Under the pieces are notes generated by a model that ran no database searches, was not told the DNA's origin, and worked only from the letters and a program-made list of their open reading frames with translations. A DNA stretch of 64,000 bases from Octopus vulgaris (taxonomy: Eukaryota): positions 68,262,001 to 68,326,000 of the forward strand of contig OX597831.1 in the NCBI GenBank assembly GCA_951406725.2, given 5' to 3'. Shown in pieces: positions 25,846-37,070 of the stretch (its first letter is position 1; each line of letters begins with the position of its first letter). A program made the translations under genes and the position numbers.

Positions 25846-26141
25846 TTAAATGAAACCACAATATACAGAGACACTACTAATTCTAAGTTGAACAACAATA
25901 AACAGCAGACATCACTTGTTCTAAAATAAAGCAAAATATAGTGTCCTTTCCTGTCCTACATTAATGCAAAATCAAAAGAGAAACTGCCCTTTCTAAATGA
26001 AACAGAGAACAGTTTGCTTTTGCTAATTTAAACTACTGTATACAGAGGCACTACTTCTATTTTGTGTAAAGTGACACTGCCTGTTTAAATTTAAACTGTA
26101 GAAGTGACCTGCCTGTTCCAAATTAAACAACTACATACATT

Positions 26142-26585
26142 CTTTTCTACTCTAGGCACAAGGTTCGAAATTTTGGGGGAGGGGGCCAGTTGATTAGATC
26201 AACCCCAGTATGCAACAGGTACTTAATTTATCAACCCTGAAAGGATGAAAGGCAAAGTCGACCTCAGCAGAATTTGAACTCAGAATGTAAAGACAGACGA
26301 AATACCATAAAGCGTTCCACCCGGCATGCTAATGTTTCTGCCAGCTCGCTACCTTATTTCTTTATTGCCCACAAGAAGCTAAACATAGAGGAGACAAACA
26401 AGGACAGACAAAGGGATTAAGTTGATTACATCGACTCCAGTGCATAACTGGTACTTAATTTATTGACCCTGAAAAGATGAAAGGCAAAGTCAACCTTGGT
26501 GGAATTTGAACTCAGAATGTAACAGCAGACGAAATACCGCTTAGCATTTCACCCGGCATACTAATGTTTCTGCCAGCTTGCTACC
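26142..26585 (-). mobile_element. Head-to-tail dimer of SINE C (tail type 1 plus tail type 2)
   Basis: Two complete C monomers, flanked by ttaaacaactacatacatt (26123-26141) and ttaaacaactatatgcatt (26586-26604). Confidence 0.88.
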
Positions 26586-27591
26586 TTAAACAACTATATG
26601 CATTGATATCTCCTATTCTAAATTTCACTAACATGAAGAGACACAGTAAGTTCTAAATTAAACTACAATGTATTGTGACATTGCCTGTTCTACTTGTTCT
26701 AAAAGGAATTGTAATATGAAGCAGCACTACTGGTTGTAAATGAAACTACAATATACAGAAAATACTGCCTATCCTAAATTAAACAACAGTTAATAGAAAC
26801 TGCATTTTTAAAATTAAAATATAGCATACTAAGACTCTATCTGTTCAAAATTAAACTGTAATATGTAGAATCTTAGCATTTTCTAGCTTCAGTTACAGAT
26901 TACTGAGATATTGCTAGTTCTAATTTAAGCTACGAAAAACAAGCGATGCTGCTTGTTGTAAATTAAACTATAATCTATAGTGTCATTGCATGCTCTACAT
27001 TAAACTACAATGAACATGTGATTACATATTCTGAATTAACCTGCCATATTGAGATAGACTGACTATCCTAAATTAAACGGCAGTCAACAGTGACCATGCC
27101 ACTTCTAAATTTAACAATAGTGAAGAGAAATAGTGCTTGTTGTAAACTGAATGATAATAACAATGCTTTTTCTAAATTAAAAAAAATATATATACAAATA
27201 CAATATCTGTTCTAAATTCTACATAGACTGTCTCTCCAAAATTAATATTCAACGAACAGAGACAGTGGTATTGTAAATTAAAATTACAATATATAAAATC
27301 ACTACCTGTTCTAAATTAAATGACAATCAGCAGAGATGCTGCCTCCTCTGAATTTAACTATGAGGAAGTGACAATGCCTGTCTAAATTAAAGGATACTCA
27401 CAGCGACCTTCCTACATTAAGTAAAAATGAGAAAGACTTGTGTCTTCTAAAATGAAAACTATATCATACAGTGACACCACTGTGTCTAATCAAATTAAAC
27501 TACAATATATACTATTGCAGCAGGGAAGGTGTTTATAAGCCATTTAAGAAACACACAAACCCGTTAGATTCACTTCAACATTTAAATTTAA

Positions 27592-27642
27592 TTTGTCAAA
27601 ATATTTTTGTCGCTTTGAGACCACGACCTGTTCACTGACAAA
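27592..27642 (-). ncRNA. Type-I hammerhead ribozyme variant (G3-C8 core, G12 decayed) in a small non-coding element (27516-27655)
   Basis: Minus strand: tttgtca GTGAACA g gtcgt ggtctcaaa gcgac aAAA atatt t tgacaaa. This gives a 7-bp stem I, 5-bp stem II and palindromic stem III. Confidence 0.65.
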
Positions 27643-28420
27643 GCTTTGTGCTGCATCTGAGAAAGTAACAGTTAGTTCATGATATATATGTATGTATGTG
27701 TGTATGTATGTGTGTGTATGTATGTATGTATGTATATATATATACTCTCTTCTCTAAATTAAATTACAGTGAGAAGACATTGTTTGTACTTACTAGACTA
27801 CAATATACAGAAGTACAGCCAGTTTTAAATGAAACTACAATATAGAATTAATCAAAATTAAACTCCACTATACAAAAATATTACCTGTCCTAAATTAAAC
27901 CAGAATGAACAAAGGTGCAACCTCTTTGAAATTAAATTAAATATCAGGGAACTGCTTGTTCTAAAATGAACTACAATAGAGACAAGCCTATTGTAAATGA
28001 AACTTCAATATACAGAGATATTGTGTGTAACCAAATTTAACTACAGTATATGGAGACACTATACAAAGACACTGCATTTTCTAAATTAATTTACAACATA
28101 AAATTACTGCCTGTTCTAAATTTTACAGCAATGAACAGAGGTACTGTTTCTTACTTTAAAGAAAACTATAACACTGCCTGTTCTAAATTAACATACCATG
28201 TGTGCAGACAGTGCTTGTTCTAAATAAAAGTACAATATGAAGAGACATTGTTTAAACTGAATTACAATATATATTGGTACTGCTAGTTGTAAATGAACCT
28301 AATAGATAAAGACTGCCTATCCTAAATTAAGCTACAATAAAAGGAAGTGTCTGTTCTAAATTAAAGTACAATATATAGAGATACTGTTTTAAACTAAACT
28401 ATATTATATAGACACCGTTA

Positions 28421-28652
28421 AGGCGGCGAGCTGGCAGAAACGTTAGCATGCCGGGCGAAATGCATAACCGTATTTCGTCTGCCATTATGTTGTGAGTTCA
28501 AATTCCGCCGAGGTCGACTTTGCCTTTCATCTTTTCGGGGTCGATAAGTAAAGTACCAGTTACGCACTGGGGTCGATGTAATCGACTTAATCCATTTGTC
28601 TGTCCTTGTTTTTCCCCTCTGTGTTTAGCCCCTTGTGGGTAGTAAAGAAATA
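28421..28652 (+). mobile_element. SINE family C (tail type 1)
   Basis: 16-bp TSD tatattatatagacac at 28400-28415 and 28653-28668. Confidence 0.92.
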
Positions 28653-29079
28653 TATATTATATAGACACTGCCTGTTCTTAATTTCACTTCAATGTACAGA
28701 GGAATTGTGTGTTTTAAATTTAACTTCAATTAACAGACATACTGCCTGTACTAAGTTAAACTACAATGTGTAACTACACTTCCTGTTTTAAATTAAATAG
28801 CAACAAATACAAATTCTGCCTTGTAAATTAAACTACAACATATGGTAACACTGTCTCTTTTAAATTAATATGATGAAAAAAAGAGGAACTGCTTGTTCCA
28901 ATTTTAAATGCAATGATTAGAAAACTATTCTGAAGTACGGTACAATATACAAAGATTCTGTCCACCCTATATTTAACTAAAATAGAGACACTATCTATTT
29001 AAATTAAGATCCAGTATACAGAGATACTGCATGTTTTATTTTCAATTAACAGGTACACTACCTGTACTAAGTTAAACGA

Positions 29080-29372
29080 CTTTCAGGCCAATAAATTAAG
29101 TACCAGTTGCATGCTGGGTTAGATCTAATCGACTGGCCCCTTCCACAAACATTTCAAGCCTAGAGTAGAAGAGGTTATCATACTTGTGGTGTTGTTTGTT
29201 GCCAGTCTTCCATGACAAAAAAAAAAAAATGTATGGCAATAGGGAAGTATTAGCTTGCTTGGAAACAGGTAAGGGTTGGCAACAGAAAGGGCATCCAGCC
29301 ATAGAAAAATCTGTCTTAATAAATTCTGTCTGATCATACAAGCATGGTAAAATAAATGTTAAATGATGATGG
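29080..29372 (+). mobile_element. SINE C (tail 2) fragment followed by an RTE-type SINE tail fragment
   Basis: ataaattaagtaccag...cctagagtagaaga, then ttggaaacaggtaagggttggcaacagaaagggcatccagcc...gatgatg. Confidence 0.7.
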
Positions 29373-30109
29373 TGGACAGACACTACCAGTGCAAGATTAA
29401 TCTACAATATACAGAAATGCTGTTGTATAATTTATAGAGACATAACTTGTTTAAATTAAGCTATGATAAATTAAACAGTTGCAGAGTTGCTGTCAGTTCT
29501 AAAATGAAAAAAAAAAAAACAATATAAAAAGACATTGCTTGTTCTAAATTAAATAACAAAATATTGAGCCACTTACTGTTCTAAATTAAAATAAAATAAA
29601 GTACAATTTAGAAACACTACTTGTCTAAAGGAGGCTACAATATGTGGGCATTGCCTGTCCTATACTAAACCACAATGAACAGTGACACTGATTGTTCCAA
29701 ATTAATCTAAAATATACAGACACTGCCTCTTCTAAATACAAATGTTATATGTTTAGATACTGCCTGATCTAAATTAAACTACCATTATATAGTATTACTG
29801 CGTTTTTAAAATTTCAATTCAATGCACAGGTATACTGCCTGTCATTAATTTAATTGATATACAGTGAGACATTGTTATTTGTTAAATCACAGAGACACTA
29901 TCTTTTCTAAAATAAAGGACCAGCTTGTTCTAAGTTAAACTACAATGTAGAGAGACACAGTCTATTTTAAATCAAACTGTGGACACAAAGACATTGCCTG
30001 TTCTAAATGAAACTATTTGCATTGTAGCACATACAGACATAGTATTTGTTCTTGAATGAATTACAATGGCGAGAGATATTGCCTGATCTAAATTAAACTA
30101 TATAATAAT

Positions 30110-30147
<38 letters not shown>

Positions 30148-30153
<6 letters not shown>

Positions 30154-30452
30154 ATCACGTGACCGACCAGACCATCAGATGTTGTTACACATCGCTGGTC
30201 ACAATGCGTTCACATTATTTTAGCCTTCGAATGACGCCACCCCGCTGGCTAAGCGAGCAGGCCAACAGAAGAAAGAGTGGGAGAAAGAGTGGTGAAAGAG
30301 TACAGCAGGGATCACCACCCCCTGCCGGAGCCTCGTGGAGCTTTTAGGTGTTTTTGCTCAATAAACACTCACAACGCCCGGTCTGGGAATCGAAACCGCG
30401 TTCCTGCGACCGCGAGTGCGCTGCCCTAACCACTAGACCATTGTGCCTCCAC
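30148..30452 (-). mobile_element. SINE family B with alternative tail type 2, inserted in (TA)n
   Basis: Same tRNA head and body as 3626-4015 up to ...ctttctcccactc. An unrelated tail then ends gtcacgtgatcacgtga(TA)n. Confidence 0.9.
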
Positions 30453-30481
30453 ATATATATATATATGTGTGTATAATTATT

Positions 30482-30525
<44 letters not shown>

Positions 30526-31711
30526 CCCATCTGTTCTAAATTAAATTTCAATAGGTTGGAACAATGGCTGCTGTAAATTAATCTTACAAATGTAATGTTA
30601 GTACTGTATTGCCCCTTCTCCTCTCACCACCTCTCTCTCTCTCCACTATCTGTACTAATGAACTTCTTTAAACTGAAACAGTTACCGTATTGAATTGTGT
30701 GATTCTAAACTTCAATACTGTAAAATGCATTTCATATCAGTTATGTTAACATCTGCAAACCGGTGTCTTTTCATAGGAAACAGCTGTTTAGATTTGCATT
30801 AGCTGTTGATTCTGTTGTATATTTTCTTGACTGCTTTTGTTATTCCAACACTTTGATTGTGTATGTTTACATGAATTGGTAAATAAATTTGATACAATCA
30901 CATTTCTTTTAAACTTGAATAAAAGAATGTACACGCATATAATGGCTGAGAGCAATAAGATTTGTAGAAGAGAGATTTTAAATTTCTCAAATGTTCAACA
31001 CTGTTATTTTGAAAAGAAACAATATTTTGTAGTCTTTGTGTTTGTGATAGATATTTGCAATATGAATAAATTAATCATAATGGATGTTTAAGAAACATAA
31101 CAATCAGTGTTTAGATAAACTACTGTATTAAACATAATTTAAAATCAATATTAATGCAACAGACATTGTCATTGAAAGCGGATTTTTTTCTCTTTCATTT
31201 GAGAAAAAGACTAAAAATTAAGGAAAGCTTTATATTGTTCCAGTAACAAAAATGTGATAATTCAAAGATAAGTATATTGGATGTTCTAACAACAAACATT
31301 AATCTTTAATTGAAAATAGTTTTTCAGCCAACCAAATGTGAATCATTATCAACATCAAGATCAACTCTATCATTAACAAGATCATCATTGCCATTGTCAC
31401 CATTTCTGCCTTCTTAATCATTGTTAGCACAGTTTCCCTTCTTGCTATCATAAATCATTATCTGCGGAAATACTCTCCTGAAAGATAATAGTGATGGATC
31501 TACGATAAAATATAAAATTACTCTTCATCTAAATTAATTCTTGTGAAATACCTTTTTTATGAACAATTGCACATTGAATAAGTGTGTGTGTGTGTGTGTG
31601 TGTGCGCGTGTGTGTGTGTGTATGTAAGTGTGTGTATGTGTGTGTGTATATGTGTGTGTATATGTGTGTGTATGTGTGTGTATGTGTGTGTGTGTGTGTG
31701 TTTGTCTAGAC

Positions 31712-31912
31712 CAGTGGTTTTCAACAGGGTTCCACCAGTACAGTCCAGGGGTTCTGCAAGAAGTTACCAAAACTGCTACAATCGGCAGTAATTTTTAAGT
31801 CTCCTGTGCAGATAAGTGTGCATAAGACTATTAAATTATTGCACAGGGGTTCCTTGAGCCAGTGGAATGTCTCCTTGGGGTTCCGCTCCTGCAAAAGGGT
31901 TGAAAAGCACTG
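31712..31912. mobile_element. hAT (Charlie/Buster-type) MITE
   Basis: TIRs cagtggttttcaac and gttgaaaagcactg. Perfect 8-bp TSD gtctagac at 31704-31711 and 31913-31920. Confidence 0.92.
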
Positions 31913-32305
31913 GTCTAGACAGTTAGATAGATAAACACACATAAACAAATATGTGTGCAATGGGCTCCCATAGAGTTTCTGTGATTCACGTATCCTGCTT
32001 TTGAGAGCAGAACATGATCCCACATAATACATATCCTATAATCCCTGTTGATTTCAGTTCCAATTGTTCCTTTGTGATTGGCCCTTTTAAGCTCAGAGTG
32101 CTGAATCCTCTTTTCCTCTCAGGCATTAAAACCAGTCTTAACAGCACTACTATTATAGTAGAATTCAGGTAAAAACCCTGCAGCGTGCATTTAGGTGTTC
32201 TTATGCCATTATTTGGCTACCACATGTTATTCTACAGTTGGATATTTTCCAGTGCTGGATATACATTGTGGACCTTCTTTATGCATAAGCTTAATATGAG
32301 AAGAA

Positions 32306-32692
32306 TAAGTAGCTTGCTTATGAACCACATGGTTCTGGGTTCAGTCCCACTACATGGCACCTTGGGCGAGTGTCTTCAACTATAGCCTCAGGCCGACCAA
32401 AACCTTGTGTGTGGATTTGGCAGACGGAAACTGAAAGAAGCCTGTCGTATATATGTATATGTATATATATATGTGTATGTGTTTGTGTGTCTGTGTTTGT
32501 CCCCCACCAACATTGCTTCACAACCGATGCTGGTGTGTTTATGTCCCCATAACTTAGCGGTTCAGCAAAAGAGACCGATAGAATAAGTACTAGGCTTACA
32601 AAGAATAAGTCCTGGGGTCGATTTGCTTGACAAAAGGCGGTGCTCCAGCATGGCCACAGTCAAATGACTGAAACAAGTAAAAGAGTAAAAGA
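32306..32692 (+). mobile_element. SINE family A
   Basis: Slightly 5'-truncated copy. Confidence 0.9.
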
Positions 32693-32932
32693 CAAAAAAT
32701 ACCAGGCGTTAATAGTAGATTGCAACATTTGTGACTGCACTGCACACCAGCTTTAAGTTACTGAGTTTATATTCATGTACCATTATACAAGATCATTCTT
32801 TGTAATTACTATATAATTGAATATTTTTTTAGCAACAACTCTGTATGGGTGCTTCATCAGATGGAATACTATTAAGTCCTGGACTTGTGATCTACTAGTA
32901 AAGCCTAATATCATCGATCCTTGTATTATGTT

Positions 32933-35190
32933 CATCATCATAATGATCATCGTCGTTTAATGTCCGCTTTCAATGCTGGCATGGGTTGGACAGTTTGACT
33001 GAGGGCTGGCACACCAGAAGGCTGCACCAGGCTCCAATCTGATCTGGTAATGTTTCTACAGCTGGATGCTTTTCCTAATGCCAGCCACTCCGATAGTGTA
33101 GTGGGTGCTTTTAACATGCCACTGGCATGAGAGCCAGCCAGGCAGTAATGGCATCAGCCATGTTTGAATGGTGCTTTTTACGTTCCACCGGCAGGGGAGC
33201 CAGTCTAGTGGCACTAGCAATGACCATGCTTGGATGGTGCTATTTAGGTTCCACCAGCATGGGACCAGTCAGGCGGCACTGGCATCGACTATGCTCAAAT
33301 GGTGCTTTTTACGTGCCACCAGCACGGGTGCCAATCAGGCAGTACGGTAATCGGCCATGACAATGATTTCACTTGTCTCAACCGGTCTTAAAAAGCAGTT
33401 TATTGCCTAATGATTGAAGAGTACTCTTAAATGGGTTAGTTATACTGCAATGGCAAAGGCCATAGTTATGGTCTCACTTGGCTTGCCGGGTCTTCTCAAG
33501 CACAGCATATCTCCAAATGTCTTGGTCACTTGTCATCACCTCGATGAGGCCCAACATTTGAAGGTTGTGCTTCACCACCTCATCCCAGGTCTCCCTGGGT
33601 CTACCTCTTCCACATGTTTCCTCTACGGCTAGGGTGTGATACTTTTTCACACAGCTGTCCTCATCCATACACAGCACATGACCGTACCAGCACAGTCGTC
33701 TCTCTTGCACACCACATCTGATGCTTTTTATGTTCAACTTTTGTCTCAGGGCACTTCCACTCTGTCGTGTATGCACACTGACATTACACATCCAGTGGAG
33801 CATACTAGCTTCATTCCTTGCAAGCTTATGCATGTCCTCAGCAGTCAAGGCCCATGTTTCACTGCCATGTAGCATGGCTGTTTACACACAGGCGTCATAC
33901 AATCTACCTTTTTCTCTGAGCAAGAGGGCCTTTGTCACCAGCAGAGGAGCTCACCAAACTTTGCCCAAGATATTCTTATTCTAGCAGCTACACTCTCAGA
34001 GCAACAACCCATGCTACTGACTTGGTCACCTAGTTAACAGAAGCTATCAACTACTTGTAGATTTTCCTCTTGTAATGTGACGGAAGCTGTTTTCTGCACA
34101 TTTTCAGTGTTTATTACCCTTGAGCTTTTGCCACATACAAAAACTATCTTCTCAGTTAACCTTCCTTGGATATTGCTGCACCTTTTATGTGTCCATAGCT
34201 TACATCGGGTACATCTTATGGAGGTTCTACCTATGCCTTTTTTCTACAGATCGAGCAAGGCCATCTACCTAAAGGGATTTGTGGTTTGTCTGCCTTCCTA
34301 CTTATTAAGACTTTGGTTTTTGTTAGATTGACTCCAAGGCCCTTCGATTTTAGACCTTGCTTCCCCACCTGAAACTTCTCCTATAGTTCTGATAATGACT
34401 CAGCTATTAAAGCAATGTCATCAGCATAGAGAAGCTCCTAGGGGCATCCTGTCTTGAATCCTATTATTGCCTGGAGGATTATGATGGTGCTTTTTACATG
34501 CCACTGGCACAGGAGCCAGTCAAGCTGCACTGGCAATGATCATGCTTGGATGGTGCTTTTTAGGTGCCACCAGCACGGGACCAGTCAGGTGGTACTGACA
34601 TCAACCATGCTCAAATGGTGCTTTTTACGTGCCACCAGCACGGGTGCCAATCAGGCATAACTGTCATCGACCATGATAATGACTTCACTTGCCTCAATAG
34701 GTCTTTGCAAGTGCAGTTTATTGCCTAATGATTGAAGGGTACTCTTAAATGGGCTGGTTAATTATTCGTATCTAATGCATCACCTTCACCTTTGTAGCAG
34801 TTGACTATGGTGCTATTGCATCAGTCACTGGGTATGACTCCCTCATGCATCACCTGATTGACTATACAGGTGACTAGACCAGTGCTTTTCAAACTTTTTG
34901 CTGGAGCGGAACCCCAAGGAAACATTCCACTGGCTCGAGGAACCCCTGTGCAATAATTTAATAGTCTTATGCACACATATCTGCACAGGAGAATTAAAAA
35001 TTACTGCCGATTTTAGCAGTTTTGTAACTTCTTGCGGAACCCCTGGACTGTACTGGCGGAACCCTAAGGTTCCATGGAACCCTGGTTGAAAACCACTTGT
35101 CTAGACTATAGCTGACACTGCCAGATATTTTAAGCATCTCTGCAGTGATTCCTGATGGGTTGGGGGCTTTCCCTGTTTTCATACCCTTAA
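32933..35190 (-). mobile_element. Rearranged RTE LINE remnant (RT C-terminal half and 3' UTR)
   Basis: MLHGSETWALT...RRLCWYGHVL...GRGRPRETW, LLYADD near 34420 and MKTGKAPNPSGITAEMLK. 3' UTR at 32933-33470, with a second UTR piece at ~34483-34760. Confidence 0.88.
34880..35098. mobile_element. hAT MITE, same family as 31712-31912, inserted in the RTE
   Basis: TIRs cagtgcttttcaa and ttgaaaaccact. TSD gactagac/gtctagac (7 of 8 match). Confidence 0.9.
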
Positions 35191-35364
35191 TACTATTCTT
35201 ACATATAATAATTTACTTTGCCGTCATTAGATGACATATGAGGGTTTAACAATTTTTTACTGAACAACCACACAGATGATTTGTTTATAGTAATCAAATG
35301 TTTGTGTGCGAACAGCCATGCTACATGGCAGTGAAACATGGGCCTTGACTGCTGAGGTAATGCA

Positions 35365-35531
35365 TATCAGATCAGCATTATCTGTACAGGCGCAACAGCT
35401 GTCACGTGTCAGATGTCGAAATGGTCGCAGAGCAACGTGAAATGAAGTGCTTTGCTCAAGAACACAATGCAATGCCTGGTCTGGAAACTGAACCCACAGT
35501 GTAACACCTTAACCACTAAGCCATGCACCTT
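35365..35531 (-). mobile_element. Diverged tRNA-derived SINE fragment (separate family)
   Basis: Minus strand ggtgcatggcttagtggttaaggtg...ttgtgttcttgagcaaagcacttcatttcacgttgctc. Confidence 0.55.
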
Positions 35532-35556
35532 CATGTATATATGTATATAAATATAT

Positions 35557-35986
35557 AGGCACAAGCATGGATGTGTGGTAAGAAGCTTGCTCCCTAACAA
35601 TATAATTCTGGGTTCAATCCCACTGCATGGCATCTTAGGCAAGTGTCTGCTACTATAGCCCGAGGCCAATCAAAGCCTTGTGAATAGACTTGATGAACAG
35701 AAACTGAAAGAAGCCTATCATATATATACATATATGTATTTTTCTATGTCTGTGTATCTTTGTATCTGTGCTTGCTCCCTCCCCCCATCACCACTTAAAA
35801 AATGGTGTTGGTGTGTTTACATCCTCATAACCTAGTGATTCAGCAGAAGAAGCTGATAAAATAAGTACTAGGCTTAAAAAATAAGTCCTGGGGTCAATTT
35901 GTTCAACTACCTCGGTTCAAGGTGGTGCTCTAGCATGGCCACAAACAAATGACTGAAACAAGTAAAAGAACAAAAGATTAAAAGAA
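35557..35986 (+). mobile_element. SINE family A (diverged)
   Basis: Full-length similarity to the other copies. Confidence 0.85.
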
Positions 35987-36027
35987 TATATTTATATGTA
36001 TATCATATAAGTACAAGTATAGCTATA

Positions 36028-36191
36028 GGTGCAGACAAGGCTATAGACACAACAGTTGCAAGTGTGTTAAGAAGCTTTGCTTCCCAAATACATGGTTCTG
36101 GGTTCAGTCCCACTGTATGGTACCTTGGCAAAGTATCTTCTGCCTATAGCCCTATGCTGACTAAAGCCTTGTGATAGAAACTGAAAGAAGT

Positions 36192-36198
<7 letters not shown>
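36028..36198 (+). mobile_element. SINE family A head ending at its internal (TA)n
   Basis: catggttctgggttcagtcccactg...gaaactgaaagaagtccatc. Confidence 0.75.
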
Positions 36199-36250
<52 letters not shown>

Positions 36251-36341
36251 TGACCACGTCATTCAAAATGTGACCGCGTGTGTACCGTTGGCGATTTTTT
36301 TTTCCTCTGTTTTCCTTTCTCTGGATCTTTCCTTCTCCTAT

Positions 36342-36376
36342 GTTTCTGATGAAGAGCTCCACTCGAAACCTTAAAC
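36342..36376 (+). ncRNA. Minimal type-I hammerhead motif (decayed) in a 230-bp element (36247-36476) inserted in (TA)n
   Basis: gttt CTGATGA a gag ctcca ctc GAAAC c TTA aac. This is a Penelope-type minimal hammerhead with one stem III mismatch. Confidence 0.55.
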
Positions 36377-36501
36377 CCTCCTTCTTTCCTTCTTTCCTGA
36401 GCGTCCAATAATACTATATTTGTTCCACATCCTTGCGTAGTTGTGTTTTTTTGTGCTTTCTTGTTTGGATTAACTTTATATATATATATATATATATATA
36501 T

Positions 36502-37070
36502 AGATAAAATTTAAAAATAGGATAATATCTATATAACAATTTATCAAGTAGTCAGTGTGAAAAACTTCAAAAAGGGAAAAACTATAATTATTCCCTTTAA
36601 ATATATTTATTTATATTAAGGGCATTTCTACACATAAATGCCTCATGCTATGAGGGACTCTTAAAGTAAAAACTACCATAATAAATACACTGTACCGAAC
36701 ATGAGGGAAAGCAACTCTTGAAGCAAGCTCCTTAAAAACAGATTCAGCTGCATATCATACAATTTCATAATTAGCACACAAAATGCACTTTTTAATCATC
36801 AGTGCAGGCATAATCAAGACACATAAAAATGAACAAAAATCAGCATACTAGATGAACACCAAATGTATCCAACAGCATATTAGAGTTGTTCACTCATATA
36901 TCTATGTAAGAGGCGGGTTTTTCAAATTACATCTCAGTACACATGTATATTCATAATAATTCAGCACTGAATATATTCTGGTTAAATTTAAAATTTAAAA
37001 ATGGGATAAAATCTTTATAAGAATTTATCAAGTAGTCAGTGTGAAAAAACCTCAAAAAGGGAATAATTTT
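36502..37070 (-). mobile_element. 484-bp non-coding unit with ~80-bp terminal direct repeat (retrozyme or Penelope pLTR-like)
   Basis: caagtagtcagtgtgaaaaa at 36545 and 37029, and aaaatttaaaaat at 36506 and 36990 (period 484). Contains a hammerhead. Confidence 0.7.
36748..36807 (-). ncRNA. Type-I hammerhead ribozyme
   Basis: Minus strand: ctgca CTGATGA ttaaaaagtgcattttgtgtgctaattat GAAA ttgtatgaTA tgcag. The core is intact, stem I is 5 bp, the cleavage triplet is AUA, and stems II and III appear CpG-decayed. Confidence 0.7.

Larger units (their letters stand above)
25846..30587. repeat. Degenerate ~37-bp tandem satellite (consensus ~ctaaattaaactacaatatacagagacactgcctgtt) with five nested insertions
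   Basis: The motif gttctaaattaaa recurs at ~37-bp spacing throughout. Roughly 80 units estimated after removing insertions. Confidence 0.9.

Noticed and set aside
25846-30587. CRISPR-like array of 37-bp repeats
   Set aside because: Units are contiguous and degenerate with no unique spacers. The context is eukaryotic and there are no cas genes.
32815-32865. Hammerhead-like CTGATGA agca...tgct AAAA on the minus strand
   Set aside because: No stem I partner and no G12.
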